DNA of 64,000 nt, from NCBI GenBank assembly GCA_900696485.1, contig CAADGG010000013.1, positions 51,771 to 115,770 on the forward strand. The letters run 5' to 3'. Below, piece after piece: positions 26,329 to 35,091 of this stretch. Numbering within the stretch: the first letter of the stretch is position 1; every line of letters begins with the position of its first letter. The position numbers and the translations under genes are program-made. The notes below the pieces were generated by a model that had not been told where the DNA came from, did not search any database, and saw only the letters and a list, made by a program, of their open reading frames with translations. The stretch comes from an uncultured Pseudomonadota bacterium. Its GTDB lineage: Bacteria > Myxococcota_A > UBA9160 > PR03.

Positions 26329-27147
26329 TCAGCCCGCGCCGCGACGCGCCCGCGCGATCTCGCGGTCGACGCTCCAGCGCACGAGGCCGGGGCAATGGCG
26401 CGCGGCGAACAGGACGCCGCGGGCCCGCCAGCCCGGCACGATCCACGCGCGGCCGCGTACGAGGCCGGCCAGGGCGGCGTCGGCCACGGTCTCCGGCGCG
26501 AGCACCGGCACGGTCCCGGCCAGGGCACGGGTCTCCGCCGGCTTGTCGCGGTTCTCCTCGGCCAGCTGCGGCGTGTCGGTGTCGGGTGGCAGCAGGACCG
26601 ACACCGTGATCCCGCGCGGGCGCAGCTCCTGCCGCAGCACCTCCGAGAACCCCGTCAATGCAAACTTGCTCGGGGCATAGGCGGCGTAGCCGAACACGGC
26701 GAGCGCACCGGCCAGCGACGACACGTTGAGGATGTTCGCCCCCGGACCCAGGTGGCCCAGGGACGCGCGCGTCATGTGCACGGCCCCGAGGAAGTTGACG
26801 TCGACCAACTCGCGATAGACCTCGAGGGGCGTGTCCTCGAAACGCCGGGCCACCGCGATGCCGGCATTGTTCACGAGCAGGTCGAGGCCGCCGAGCGCCG
26901 TCGCGCACGCGGCCACCGCGCGGCCCGCCTGCTCCGGATCCGCCACATCCGCGACGGCGTGGGTCACCGCGCTCGCCGGCGCCGCGGCCCGCAGCGCGGC
27001 GGTCGTCTCCTCGAGCGCCTCCGTGCGACGCGCGACGATTCCGACGTGCGCCCCGGCCCGGGCGAGCGCGAACGCGAGCGCGCGCCCGATGCCGCTCGAT
27101 CCCCCTGTCACCAGCGCGCGCCGGCCGCGGAACGCTCCGTCTCGCAT
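26329..27147 (-). CDS. short-chain dehydrogenase/reductase, 3-ketodihydrosphingosine-reductase-like
   Basis: The internal ATG at 27147 is used. The sequence contains ALVTGGSSGIGRALA and YAPSK. The gene is divergent from the spt-like gene. Confidence 0.75.
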   Translation of the reverse strand: MRDGAFRGRRALVTGGSSGIGRALAFALARAGAHVGIVARRTEALEETTAALRAAAPASAVTHAVADVADPEQAGRAVAACATALGGLDLLVNNAGIAVARRFEDTPLEVYRELVDVNFLGAVHMTRASLGHLGPGANILNVSSLAGALAVFGYAAYAPSKFALTGFSEVLRQELRPRGITVSVLLPPDTDTPQLAEENRDKPAETRALAGTVPVLAPETVADAALAGLVRGRAWIVPGWRARGVLFAARHCPGLVRWSVDREIARARRGAG

Positions 27148-27253
27148 GGTCGGTACGATGCCGCTCCTTGCCCGCGGGGGCCACATCCACCGCGTCACGA
27201 CGTCGTTTCGTTACAATCCGGGCCGTCCTCCCCCCCTGCGGAGGGTTCCCGGT

Positions 27254-28444
27254 TTGGACGTCTTCCAGAAATGCCTCGACTACCACACCGCACAGGACGT
27301 GCGGGCGGCCGGCCTCTACCCGTACTACCGGACCCTTGCCTCCGCGCAGGATCCGGAGGTCGTCATGGCCGACGGCCAGCGGCTGGTGATGCTCGGCTCC
27401 AACAATTACCTCGGCCTCACGAACCATCCCGAGGTGAAGGCGGCGGCCGCCGCCGCGCTGGCGCGCTACGGCACCGGCTGCGCCGGCTCCCGGCTGCTCA
27501 ATGGCTCGCTCGACCTGCACGAGGAGCTCGAGGCCCGTCTCGCGTCGTTCATGCGACGCGAGGCGGCGCTGACCTTCTCGACCGGCTACCAGGTCAATCT
27601 CGGCACGCTCTCGTGCCTGCTCGGCCGACACGACGTCGCGATCCTCGATGCGCTCGACCACGCCTCCATCCTCGACGGTGCCCGGCTCGGCTTCGGCAAG
27701 ATCTACAAGTTCCAGCACAACGACCTTGCGAGCCTTGAGAAGAAGCTCGAAGCCGTGCCGGACGGCTGGGGCCGACTGATCGTCGTCGACGGCGTCTTTT
27801 CGATGGAGGGAGACCTCGCGCCGCTGCCAGGCATCGCCGCGCTGAAACGGCGCTACGGCGCGCGATTGATGGTGGACGACGCCCACGGGCTCGGCGTACT
27901 CGGCGCGTCGGGCCGCGGGACCGCGGAACACTTCGGCGTCGAGGCGGACGTCGACCTGGTGATGGGAACGTTCTCGAAGTCCCTCGCGGCGATCGGCGGC
28001 TTCGTCGCCGGGGACGCCGCGATCCTCGAATACATCCGGCACACCGCACGCTCGGCGATCTTCTCGGCGGCGCTGCCCCCCGCGTCGGCGGCCGCCGCGC
28101 TGCAGGCGCTCACGATCGTCGAGCGCGAACCGGAACGCCGCAAGCAACTGCTCGAGGTCACGGCCTACATGAAGCGCGAGCTGCGCGCGCTCGGCTTCGA
28201 TACCGGCGACTCCGACTCGCCGGTGATTCCGATCGTCGTCGGCGACGACCTGCGCGCGATGCGCATGGTGAAGCGCCTGCACGAGGAGGGCGTGTTCGTG
28301 AACTGCGTGATCTCGCCGGCCGTGCCGGAAGGCCGCGCGATGATCCGCACCTCGTACATGGCGACCCACGAGCGCGCGCACCTGGATCGCGCGCTCGATG
28401 CCTTGGCGCGGGTCGGCCGCGAGCTGGGGGTACTCGGTTCGTAG
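27254..28444 (+). CDS. spt: alpha-oxoamine synthase family enzyme, probable serine palmitoyltransferase
   Basis: TTG 27254 lies 8 nt after GGAGGG. The sequence contains MLGSNNYLGL, DDAHGLGVLG and the PLP lysine motif GTFSKSLA. It is globally similar to the Sphingomonas SPT sequence as I recall it. Confidence 0.75.
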   Translation: MDVFQKCLDYHTAQDVRAAGLYPYYRTLASAQDPEVVMADGQRLVMLGSNNYLGLTNHPEVKAAAAAALARYGTGCAGSRLLNGSLDLHEELEARLASFMRREAALTFSTGYQVNLGTLSCLLGRHDVAILDALDHASILDGARLGFGKIYKFQHNDLASLEKKLEAVPDGWGRLIVVDGVFSMEGDLAPLPGIAALKRRYGARLMVDDAHGLGVLGASGRGTAEHFGVEADVDLVMGTFSKSLAAIGGFVAGDAAILEYIRHTARSAIFSAALPPASAAAALQALTIVEREPERRKQLLEVTAYMKRELRALGFDTGDSDSPVIPIVVGDDLRAMRMVKRLHEEGVFVNCVISPAVPEGRAMIRTSYMATHERAHLDRALDALARVGRELGVLGS

Positions 28445-28638
28445 CCCCTGGTGCCGTTGCGCGCGGGACGGTCCCGGCCTCAGCTGGCGAACTGGTCGGC
28501 CCCGAGCAAGAACGCAACGGCGATCGAGTTGTGCAGCGCGTGCATCGCAAACGCACACCCGAACGCGCGCCGCCGAGATCTGCAATCGCGACGGATTCTT
28601 CCCGCGCGGCCGCGCGGGCGATCCCGAGCGCAGTGGCC

Positions 28639-29112
28639 TCAGTCGCCATCGGGCTCGGGAGGGGGAAGCGTTCCGCGCGCAATGATCTGTCCCGTCTCAT
28701 CATCCAGCACGTAGAAGCCAGAGCTGCGAACAATAGGCCCCTTGCCGGGCCAACTCCGCCGGCTGACAAAGCTGCCTTTCGCATGAACGACCCATACCAC
28801 ATCCGACCCGATCTCCTCGACAGACCCGTCATCCCGCACCATCCTCGTCTTCCACGGGTTGCCCGAACGCAGTTTCATGGACAGGATTCGCGGAGCCGGC
28901 GGAACGAGCTCCGGCACTCCTGCGGCACCGGGAACCACGACTTGCGGCTCTGCCAGCCGAGAGAGAACTACCTGAGCCACGTCGTTCGGTGTCATTCGGG
29001 ACGTGAGGCCCGGCTCGATCTCCACTGCGAAGTCCGGAGGCTCCGCCCGAGCTTCATTCCCTAGCGCGAGTCCGAGCACCAGTAAGAGGTACACGACGGT
29101 CGATCGGTGCAT
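28639..29112 (-). CDS. secreted hypothetical protein (157 aa)
   Basis: Track ORF. It has the signal peptide MHRSTVVYLLLVLGLALGNEARA. It starts 15 nt after the upstream stop and lies in the low-GC cassette. Confidence 0.6.
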   Translation of the reverse strand: MHRSTVVYLLLVLGLALGNEARAEPPDFAVEIEPGLTSRMTPNDVAQVVLSRLAEPQVVVPGAAGVPELVPPAPRILSMKLRSGNPWKTRMVRDDGSVEEIGSDVVWVVHAKGSFVSRRSWPGKGPIVRSSGFYVLDDETGQIIARGTLPPPEPDGD

Positions 29113-29127
29113 CCTGATGCTCTCCTC

Positions 29128-30642
29128 TCAGAACGTCCCGCAGGTCTTGGGCGTGAGCGAATTGAAGAAGTACAGAAAGTCCAGCGGTTGTTTGCACTGG
29201 TCGTTCGTCCCGGGAACGACTCCGTTGCAGCAGTCCGTCCCGTGGATCGAAGAAGGGGAAGGGAATTTTCCGAGCGTTGGGCGCGGGTTCAGGTTGTGAA
29301 GATTGGACCAACTGCCCAGCCAGCGATACTGGATGCCCCTCACCGTTGTCGTGTCGATACGACTGGGAGGAGACGTGCTCCCGGGATAGATATTACAGGT
29401 AGCCTCGAGCCCGATCCAGAAATCGGGCGTGCCGGGACCCGGAGCGAGGCTGCCCAGGTTCGTCTTGTCCCAGTTGACGCAGCCGCCTCCAATGCAGGCA
29501 GCGTACTCGAAGGGAGAGTTCGTCGAACTCCAAGGTTGCTTGCAACCCGACTGGGAAGGATTCAGGGCGCAGTTGAGGATTCGACCTTCGACCGTCAGTC
29601 CGACCGACGGTATGCCGGCGATCGGTACCTCCAGGAAGTCGTCTGTGGCGCGGCGGTTCCAAGCCGTGAAATAGGCGAGGACATCGCTGTCTCCGAATCC
29701 TCGAGTGACACCCACCTCGATGCTCTCGGCATTCTCGTTGCCCTCGCCGTTGCCAAGCAAGAGCGGCTCCTGGTTCACAGCGATCAGGATCGCGGACTGG
29801 GAGAATCCTCCGAACTGCCAGTCGATCGCGAATGCGTCCGCGACCTGCCACACGGCCCGGACTCCTCGGACACTCGTGGTATCGGGCGATACGGCGAAGT
29901 AGTTTGCAGCGTACTTCTCGCAGCCGTCGATCGTACGAGGGGTCGTAGCGAAGTTGCTCCCATCGGAGCAGGTCGAGAATTCTCCGTCGTCGCTCCTTGC
30001 GTAGACACGGTATTCTCTCTCCGGCCGAATGTTCTCACCACTGCTGTCGGCAATTGCCCAAAAGCCGCTGCTCGTCGGCGCGGACCCTCGAATGGGTCCA
30101 GTGCATGAGCAGTCGATGGTGCACGAAGCCCCCGAATCGACCGCAATCACGGTCTGTGCGCAACTGCTGTGTGGCAGCGCATCATCTTCGCAAGGCGTGA
30201 TGGATCCGGTGATGGTTCGGTTGTTTGGCGTCGCGATACCAAAGAGCTGCGAAGCGAGGGGTCTCGCGTTCGTGGTCACATTGCTCGGTGCGGAACAAGC
30301 GGTCCCGGAGCCTCCTTGGCTGATCCCATAGACGCTGTACGTGATCCCCGCAGAGAGGCCCTGGAGCGTCCAGCTTCCTCCTTCACTTCCGGACAGATCG
30401 GCCTCGGCGATGGCAGCCGCTCCGCAGGCAGCACCAACGGCCACGGCGCGAACCTTCTGAGCGCAACCGCTAGCCGGGGTTCCATGATTCTGGGTGCACC
30501 CGGAGATCGTCCCCGAGATCGTCGTGGCAAACTGCGGAGAGGAGATCGTGATTGCTGGTGCATCGAGTCCGTCATGACAAGCCAGGACGGCGTAGACGAT
30601 GATTCCAACCACAACGACCCAAGAGACAACGCGTCCCGGCAT
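29128..30642 (-). CDS. Cys-rich putative lipoprotein (504 aa), function unknown
   Basis: Track ORF 29128..30657. I prefer ATG 30642 because AGGAGGGG lies 2-3 nt upstream. The lipobox-like sequence is AVLAC. Two N-terminal repeat modules are followed by a 270-aa Cys/Trp-rich domain. Confidence 0.7.
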   Translation of the reverse strand: MPGRVVSWVVVVGIIVYAVLACHDGLDAPAITISSPQFATTISGTISGCTQNHGTPASGCAQKVRAVAVGAACGAAAIAEADLSGSEGGSWTLQGLSAGITYSVYGISQGGSGTACSAPSNVTTNARPLASQLFGIATPNNRTITGSITPCEDDALPHSSCAQTVIAVDSGASCTIDCSCTGPIRGSAPTSSGFWAIADSSGENIRPEREYRVYARSDDGEFSTCSDGSNFATTPRTIDGCEKYAANYFAVSPDTTSVRGVRAVWQVADAFAIDWQFGGFSQSAILIAVNQEPLLLGNGEGNENAESIEVGVTRGFGDSDVLAYFTAWNRRATDDFLEVPIAGIPSVGLTVEGRILNCALNPSQSGCKQPWSSTNSPFEYAACIGGGCVNWDKTNLGSLAPGPGTPDFWIGLEATCNIYPGSTSPPSRIDTTTVRGIQYRWLGSWSNLHNLNPRPTLGKFPSPSSIHGTDCCNGVVPGTNDQCKQPLDFLYFFNSLTPKTCGTF

Positions 30643-30692
30643 GGCCCCTCCTGACACACCGCGTACAGCCCAACCTCGATCCTTCGATACAC

Positions 30693-30702
30693 GGGGGGGG
30701 GG
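30693..30702. repeat. homopolymeric G10 (C10 on the gene strand) upstream of the lipoprotein gene
   Basis: The sequence acGGGGGGGGGGtcaag was read directly. On the minus strand it reads TTGA-C10-GTGTATCGAAGGAT and lies 51-60 nt upstream of ATG 30642. Confidence 0.9.
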
Positions 30703-30985
30703 TCAAGCAGATTTTCAGCCCGGGTGAGTTCGCGAGGACGAGCAGGCTCGGCTACGACGTCACGCGCGTGCAGACTGCCGTCGGGATCTGCAAACGCACA
30801 AAGCACGTCGCCGTTCACGATCAGGCACGACCCCGGGAAACGCGGCTGCATGGTCTCCGAGCGCGCCGAGATCGCCGTCCCTGCGCTTCCCTGCGCCTGC
30901 CGCGCTCACAAGAGGACATTCGACTCGCGGCAGCGCGGGGTCGGTGCTCGCGCGAATCCGTGGAGTCCCTAGAATCCGCCTTTCG

Positions 30986-31873
30986 ATGACGGGTTCACTG
31001 CCGGAAGCCGATACCCTGTTGCGCCGCGCGCTGGCCTCCGGCCGGGTGCATTCGGCGTATCTGCTGTCCGGTCCGGGGGAGACCCCGCGCCGGGCGGCGC
31101 TCGGCTTCGTTCGCGGGCTCGTCTGCGAAGCCGCTGCCGGCGAGCGACCCTGCGAGACCTGCGCCGCCTGCCGCCGCTCGACGGTGCACGAGGACATCGC
31201 GCTCGACGGCACCGGCAAGAAGGGTCCGCTGTACCGCCATGTCGGCGATCACCCGGATCTGGTGTGGGTGGAGCGCGGCGCCGACGATACGCGTGTCCGG
31301 ATCGGCCAGGTCCGCGCGATCCAGGAGCGCATGCGGCTGCGCTCCGCCGAGGGGGGCCGGCGCGCAGCCGTGATCGCCGATGCCGAATGGCTGAACCAGG
31401 AGGCCCAGAACGCGCTGCTGCGGCTGCTCGAGGAGCCGCCGCCGGAGACGACCCTGGTGCTGGTCACGACGACGGCGACGGGGCTGCTCGCGACGGTCCG
31501 TTCGCGTTGTCAACGCGTGGCCTTCCCCGCCCCGCCGCCGCAGCTCGCCGAGGATCCGGAGACGCAGGCCCTCGTCGAGCGCCTCGCCGGCGTCGGGCAG
31601 CTCGAGATCCCGGCGCTGCTCGACTGGACCGAGGAGTTCCGCGGCGCGCGCGCGGAGGCGGCCGCCGCCGTCGGCGGCTTGCTGCACGTCGCGTCGTTGT
31701 GGCTGCGCGATCGCACGGCGAGCCGGGTCGAGGCCGGCGAGCGGAGTCTCGACCGCGAACTGGCGGCCTTTCGCGAGCTGCAGAGCTGCCGCAAGTCGCT
31801 CGCGCAGCGCAACGCCAACCCGCAGATGGTGGCCGAGCACGCGCTGCTCGCGCTGCAGGGCGCCCTGCGATGA
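30986..31873 (+). CDS. holB: DNA polymerase III subunit delta'
   Basis: ATG at 30986. The sequence contains RVHSAYLLSGPGE, the zinc module CETCAACRR, NALLRLLEEPP and SRCQRV. Confidence 0.8.
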   Translation: MTGSLPEADTLLRRALASGRVHSAYLLSGPGETPRRAALGFVRGLVCEAAAGERPCETCAACRRSTVHEDIALDGTGKKGPLYRHVGDHPDLVWVERGADDTRVRIGQVRAIQERMRLRSAEGGRRAAVIADAEWLNQEAQNALLRLLEEPPPETTLVLVTTTATGLLATVRSRCQRVAFPAPPPQLAEDPETQALVERLAGVGQLEIPALLDWTEEFRGARAEAAAAVGGLLHVASLWLRDRTASRVEAGERSLDRELAAFRELQSCRKSLAQRNANPQMVAEHALLALQGALR

Positions 31874-33462
31874 AGCGATCCGCGGACCCGGCCGACCCGA
31901 CGCCTGGCGCCGGACCGCTCTACGTCACGACACCGATCTACTACGCCAACGCCGCACCGCACATCGGCCACACCTATACGACCGTCGTCGCCGACACGCT
32001 GGTACGCTGGCGCCGACTGCTCGGAGCCGACGCTTTCTCGGTGTCGGGAACCGACGAGCACGGAGAGAAGATGGTCGAGGCCGCGGCGACGCGGGGGGTC
32101 GCTCCGGCCGCGTTCACCGCGGAGATTTCGGCGACCTTCCAGCAGACCTGGGCGGAACTCGGCATCGCACCGGATGCGTTCGTCCGGACCACGGACCCGA
32201 CGCACACCCGCAACGTGCAGGCGATCCTGCAGAGAGTCTGGGAGGCCGGCTGGATCGAGCAGCGCGAGTACGACGGCCTGTACTGCATCGGTTGCGAGCG
32301 CTTCCTCACCGAGCGCGATCTGGTGGACGGACTCTGCCGCGACCACGAGCGCGCGCCGGAGCCGCGGCGGGAGAGCAACTACTTCTTCCGGATGAGTCGC
32401 GAGTTCGACTGGCTGCGCGACCACATCGAGCGCCATCCGGAGTTCATCACACCCGAGCGCTACCGCAACGAGGCGCTCGCGATGCTGCGCGACGAGAGCG
32501 GCCTCGGCGACCTCTCGATCTCGCGCCCGAAGTCACGGCTCGCCTGGGGCGTCGAGCTGCCCTTCGATCCGGAACACGTCTGCTACGTCTGGTTCGACGC
32601 ACTGATCTCGTATCTGACGGGCGCCGGCTATCCGGACGATCCGGCCTTCGCCGCGCGCTGGGACGTCGTCGAGCACCTGATCGGCAAGGACATCCTGAAG
32701 CCGCATGCGATCTTCTGGCCGATCATGCTGAAGACGATCGGCCTGCCGCCGTACCGGCGGCTGCACGTGCACGGCTACTGGAACGTCGACAACCGCAAGG
32801 TGTCGAAGAGCCTCGGCAACATGGTCTCACCGCTGGCGATGCGGGACCGCTACGGCTTCGAGGCGTTCCGCTACTTCCTGCTGCGCGAGATGAGCTTCGG
32901 CCTCGACGCGGGCTTCAGCGAGGAGGCCCTGGCCTCGCGCGTCAATGCGGACCTCGCCAACAACCTCGGCAACCTGGTGAGCCGTACCCTCAACCTGGTG
33001 GCGAAATGGTGCGACGGCCGTGTGCCGGCACCGGAGAACGAGGGCGACGCCGAGCATGCCGTCGCCGCGGCGGCGGTCGCCACGACGGACGCCGTCGCCC
33101 ACGCGATGGCCACCCTGCGACCCCACGACGCGCTGGCGGCGATCCTCGATCTGGCCAGCACCGTGAACCGCTATCTCGACACGCAGGCGCCGTGGAAGGC
33201 CGCAAAGCAGCCGGACGGCGAAGCCCGCGTGCGCACGAGCCTCGCCACGGCGTGCCGGGGCCTGCGTGCGCTCGCGCTGTTGCTCGCTGCGTTCCTGCCG
33301 AACGCCGCGCAGGGGATCGCGGAGCGGCTCGGAGTTCCGGATCTGCTCGCCGACGCGCGCCTGCCGGACGCTGCGCAGGCGTGGGACGCTCTCGCTCCGG
33401 GCACGCGCATCGACAAAGGTGCGGCGTTGTTCCCGCGCATCGAGCTGCGGACGGAGGACTGA
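31870..33462 (+). CDS. metG: methionine--tRNA ligase
   Basis: ATG 31870 overlaps the holB stop (ATGA). The sequence contains PIYYANAAPHIGH (HIGH motif) and KVSKSLGN (KMSKS motif). Confidence 0.95.
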   Translation: MKRSADPADPTPGAGPLYVTTPIYYANAAPHIGHTYTTVVADTLVRWRRLLGADAFSVSGTDEHGEKMVEAAATRGVAPAAFTAEISATFQQTWAELGIAPDAFVRTTDPTHTRNVQAILQRVWEAGWIEQREYDGLYCIGCERFLTERDLVDGLCRDHERAPEPRRESNYFFRMSREFDWLRDHIERHPEFITPERYRNEALAMLRDESGLGDLSISRPKSRLAWGVELPFDPEHVCYVWFDALISYLTGAGYPDDPAFAARWDVVEHLIGKDILKPHAIFWPIMLKTIGLPPYRRLHVHGYWNVDNRKVSKSLGNMVSPLAMRDRYGFEAFRYFLLREMSFGLDAGFSEEALASRVNADLANNLGNLVSRTLNLVAKWCDGRVPAPENEGDAEHAVAAAAVATTDAVAHAMATLRPHDALAAILDLASTVNRYLDTQAPWKAAKQPDGEARVRTSLATACRGLRALALLLAAFLPNAAQGIAERLGVPDLLADARLPDAAQAWDALAPGTRIDKGAALFPRIELRTED

Positions 33463-33469
33463 CGCGCGC

Positions 33470-34294
33470 ATGTGGATCGACAGCCACACGCACGTGACGG
33501 CCGCCGAGTTCGACGCGGACCGAGAGGCGGTGCTGGCGCGCGCCCGCGCGGCCGGCGTCGAGGCGATGATCGCGATCGGCGCAGGCTGGGGGATCGACGC
33601 CAATCGCGCCGCCGTCGAGCTCGCGGCGCAGCGGAACGATATCTGGGCTGCCGTCGGCGTCCACCCACACGATGCGCAACAGCTCGACGATGCCGGCCGC
33701 AGATCGCTCGCCGAGTGGCTGGGCCGGCCACGGGTGGTCGCGGTCGGCGAGTGCGGGCTCGACTATCACTACATGAACTCACCGCGCGAGCAGCAGCGTG
33801 CGGTCTTCGCCGAGCACGTGGTCTGGGCTCGCGAGCGCGACCTGCCCGTCTCGATCCACGTGCGCGGCGACGAACCGGGCACCTGGGACGAGCTGCTCGA
33901 CATCTGGCTTGCGGAAGGCCGCGGTGAGGTCGCCGGTGTGTTGCACTGCTACACCGGATCGCTCGACTTCGCGTGGCGCGCCCTCGACGCGCGGCTCGAG
34001 ATCTCGTTCTCCGGCATCGTCAGCTTCCGCAACGCCAAGGAGGTCCGGGAGGTCGCCGCGGCGCTGCCGCTCGACCGCCTGCTCCTCGAGACGGACTGCC
34101 CGTTGCTGGCGCCGGTACCGCACCGCGGACGGCGCAACGAACCGGCCTATGTCGTGCACGTCGGCGCGGCGATCGCGGCGGTGCGCGGCGTCGCGCCGGA
34201 GCAGATCGCGCGTGCGACGACCGCCAACGCGCGGCGCCTGTTCCGGTTGCCGGCCGCCCCGGCGCAGGACCACGACGAAGAGGTGCCGTCGTGA
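33470..34294 (+). CDS. tatD: TatD-family metal-dependent hydrolase
   Basis: ATG at 33470. The sequence contains MWIDSHTHV, GECGLDYHY and ETDCPLLAP. Confidence 0.9.
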   Translation: MWIDSHTHVTAAEFDADREAVLARARAAGVEAMIAIGAGWGIDANRAAVELAAQRNDIWAAVGVHPHDAQQLDDAGRRSLAEWLGRPRVVAVGECGLDYHYMNSPREQQRAVFAEHVVWARERDLPVSIHVRGDEPGTWDELLDIWLAEGRGEVAGVLHCYTGSLDFAWRALDARLEISFSGIVSFRNAKEVREVAAALPLDRLLLETDCPLLAPVPHRGRRNEPAYVVHVGAAIAAVRGVAPEQIARATTANARRLFRLPAAPAQDHDEEVPS

Positions 34295-35091
34295 CGACCC
34301 CGCATCTGGCAGAGGTCGAGCAGGTCCGGGCGCTCGCCATCCGCCTCGCCCGCGAAGCCGGTGCGGTCCAGCGCAGGCGCTACGAGACGGCGCTCCAGAT
34401 CTCTTCGAAGAGCCGCGCCATCGACCTGGTGACGGAGGTCGACCGTGCGTGCGAACAGCTCATCGTCGAAACACTGCGCCGGGAGCGCCCCGGCGATGAC
34501 ATCCTCGCCGAAGAAGGCGGCGCCCACGAGGATGGCGGCGCCGCCTGGCGCTGGATCATCGACCCGCTCGACGGGACGGTGAACTTCGCGCACGGATACC
34601 CGTTCTTCTGCGTGTCGATCGGCGTCGAGCATGCCGGGATCCGAACCGTCGGCGTCGTCTACGAGCCGCTGCGCGACGAGCTGTTCGACGCGATGCGCGG
34701 CGGCGGGGCTCGGCGCAACGGGGAAGCGATCCGGGTCTCCACCGCCGCCACCGTGCAGCGCGCGCTGCTCGCGACCGGCTTCGCCTACGACGTCCACGAC
34801 TCGCCCGTCGACAACCTCGACCTGCTGACCCGAGCCGTGAAGGCCGCCGGCGGCGTGCGTCGGGACGGCAGCGCGGCGATCGACCTCTGTTACGTGGCCT
34901 GCGGCCGCTTCGAAGGCTACTGGGAGCTGAAGCTCCACGCGTGGGACGTCGCCGCCGGCATCCTGATCGTCGAGGAGGCCGGCGGCCGCACCAGTGATCT
35001 CGCCGGCGGCCCGGTGCCCGCGGACGGCCGTGAGATCCTCGCCAGCAACGGGATCCTGCACGACGACCTGCTCCGGCTGCTGCGCGGCTAG
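34291..35091 (+). CDS. suhB: inositol monophosphatase family protein
   Basis: GTG 34291 overlaps the tatD stop (GTGA). The sequence contains WIIDPLDGTVNF and WDVAAG. Confidence 0.85.
   Translation: MTTPHLAEVEQVRALAIRLAREAGAVQRRRYETALQISSKSRAIDLVTEVDRACEQLIVETLRRERPGDDILAEEGGAHEDGGAAWRWIIDPLDGTVNFAHGYPFFCVSIGVEHAGIRTVGVVYEPLRDELFDAMRGGGARRNGEAIRVSTAATVQRALLATGFAYDVHDSPVDNLDLLTRAVKAAGGVRRDGSAAIDLCYVACGRFEGYWELKLHAWDVAAGILIVEEAGGRTSDLAGGPVPADGREILASNGILHDDLLRLLRG

Noticed and set aside
27227-27244. Anti-SD hairpin (CCTCC...GGAGG) that might mask the spt ribosome-binding site
   Set aside because: It is only a 5-bp stem in a C-rich run, which is too weak to support a call without structure probing.
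26237-28585. Upstream part of the 930-aa ORF 25793..28585 (-)
   Set aside because: It is antisense to the spt-like gene and out of frame with the SDR. Only the last 147 codons (bactofilin, with its own Shine-Dalgarno and ATG) are credible.
30658-30851. ORF 30276..30851 (-, 191 aa) upstream of and overlapping the lipoprotein gene
   Set aside because: Most of it overlaps the 504-aa gene out of frame. The non-overlapping 64 codons contain the homopolymer tract and promoter-like sequence. It was kept only as a possible gene remnant in the flanking-repeat finding.
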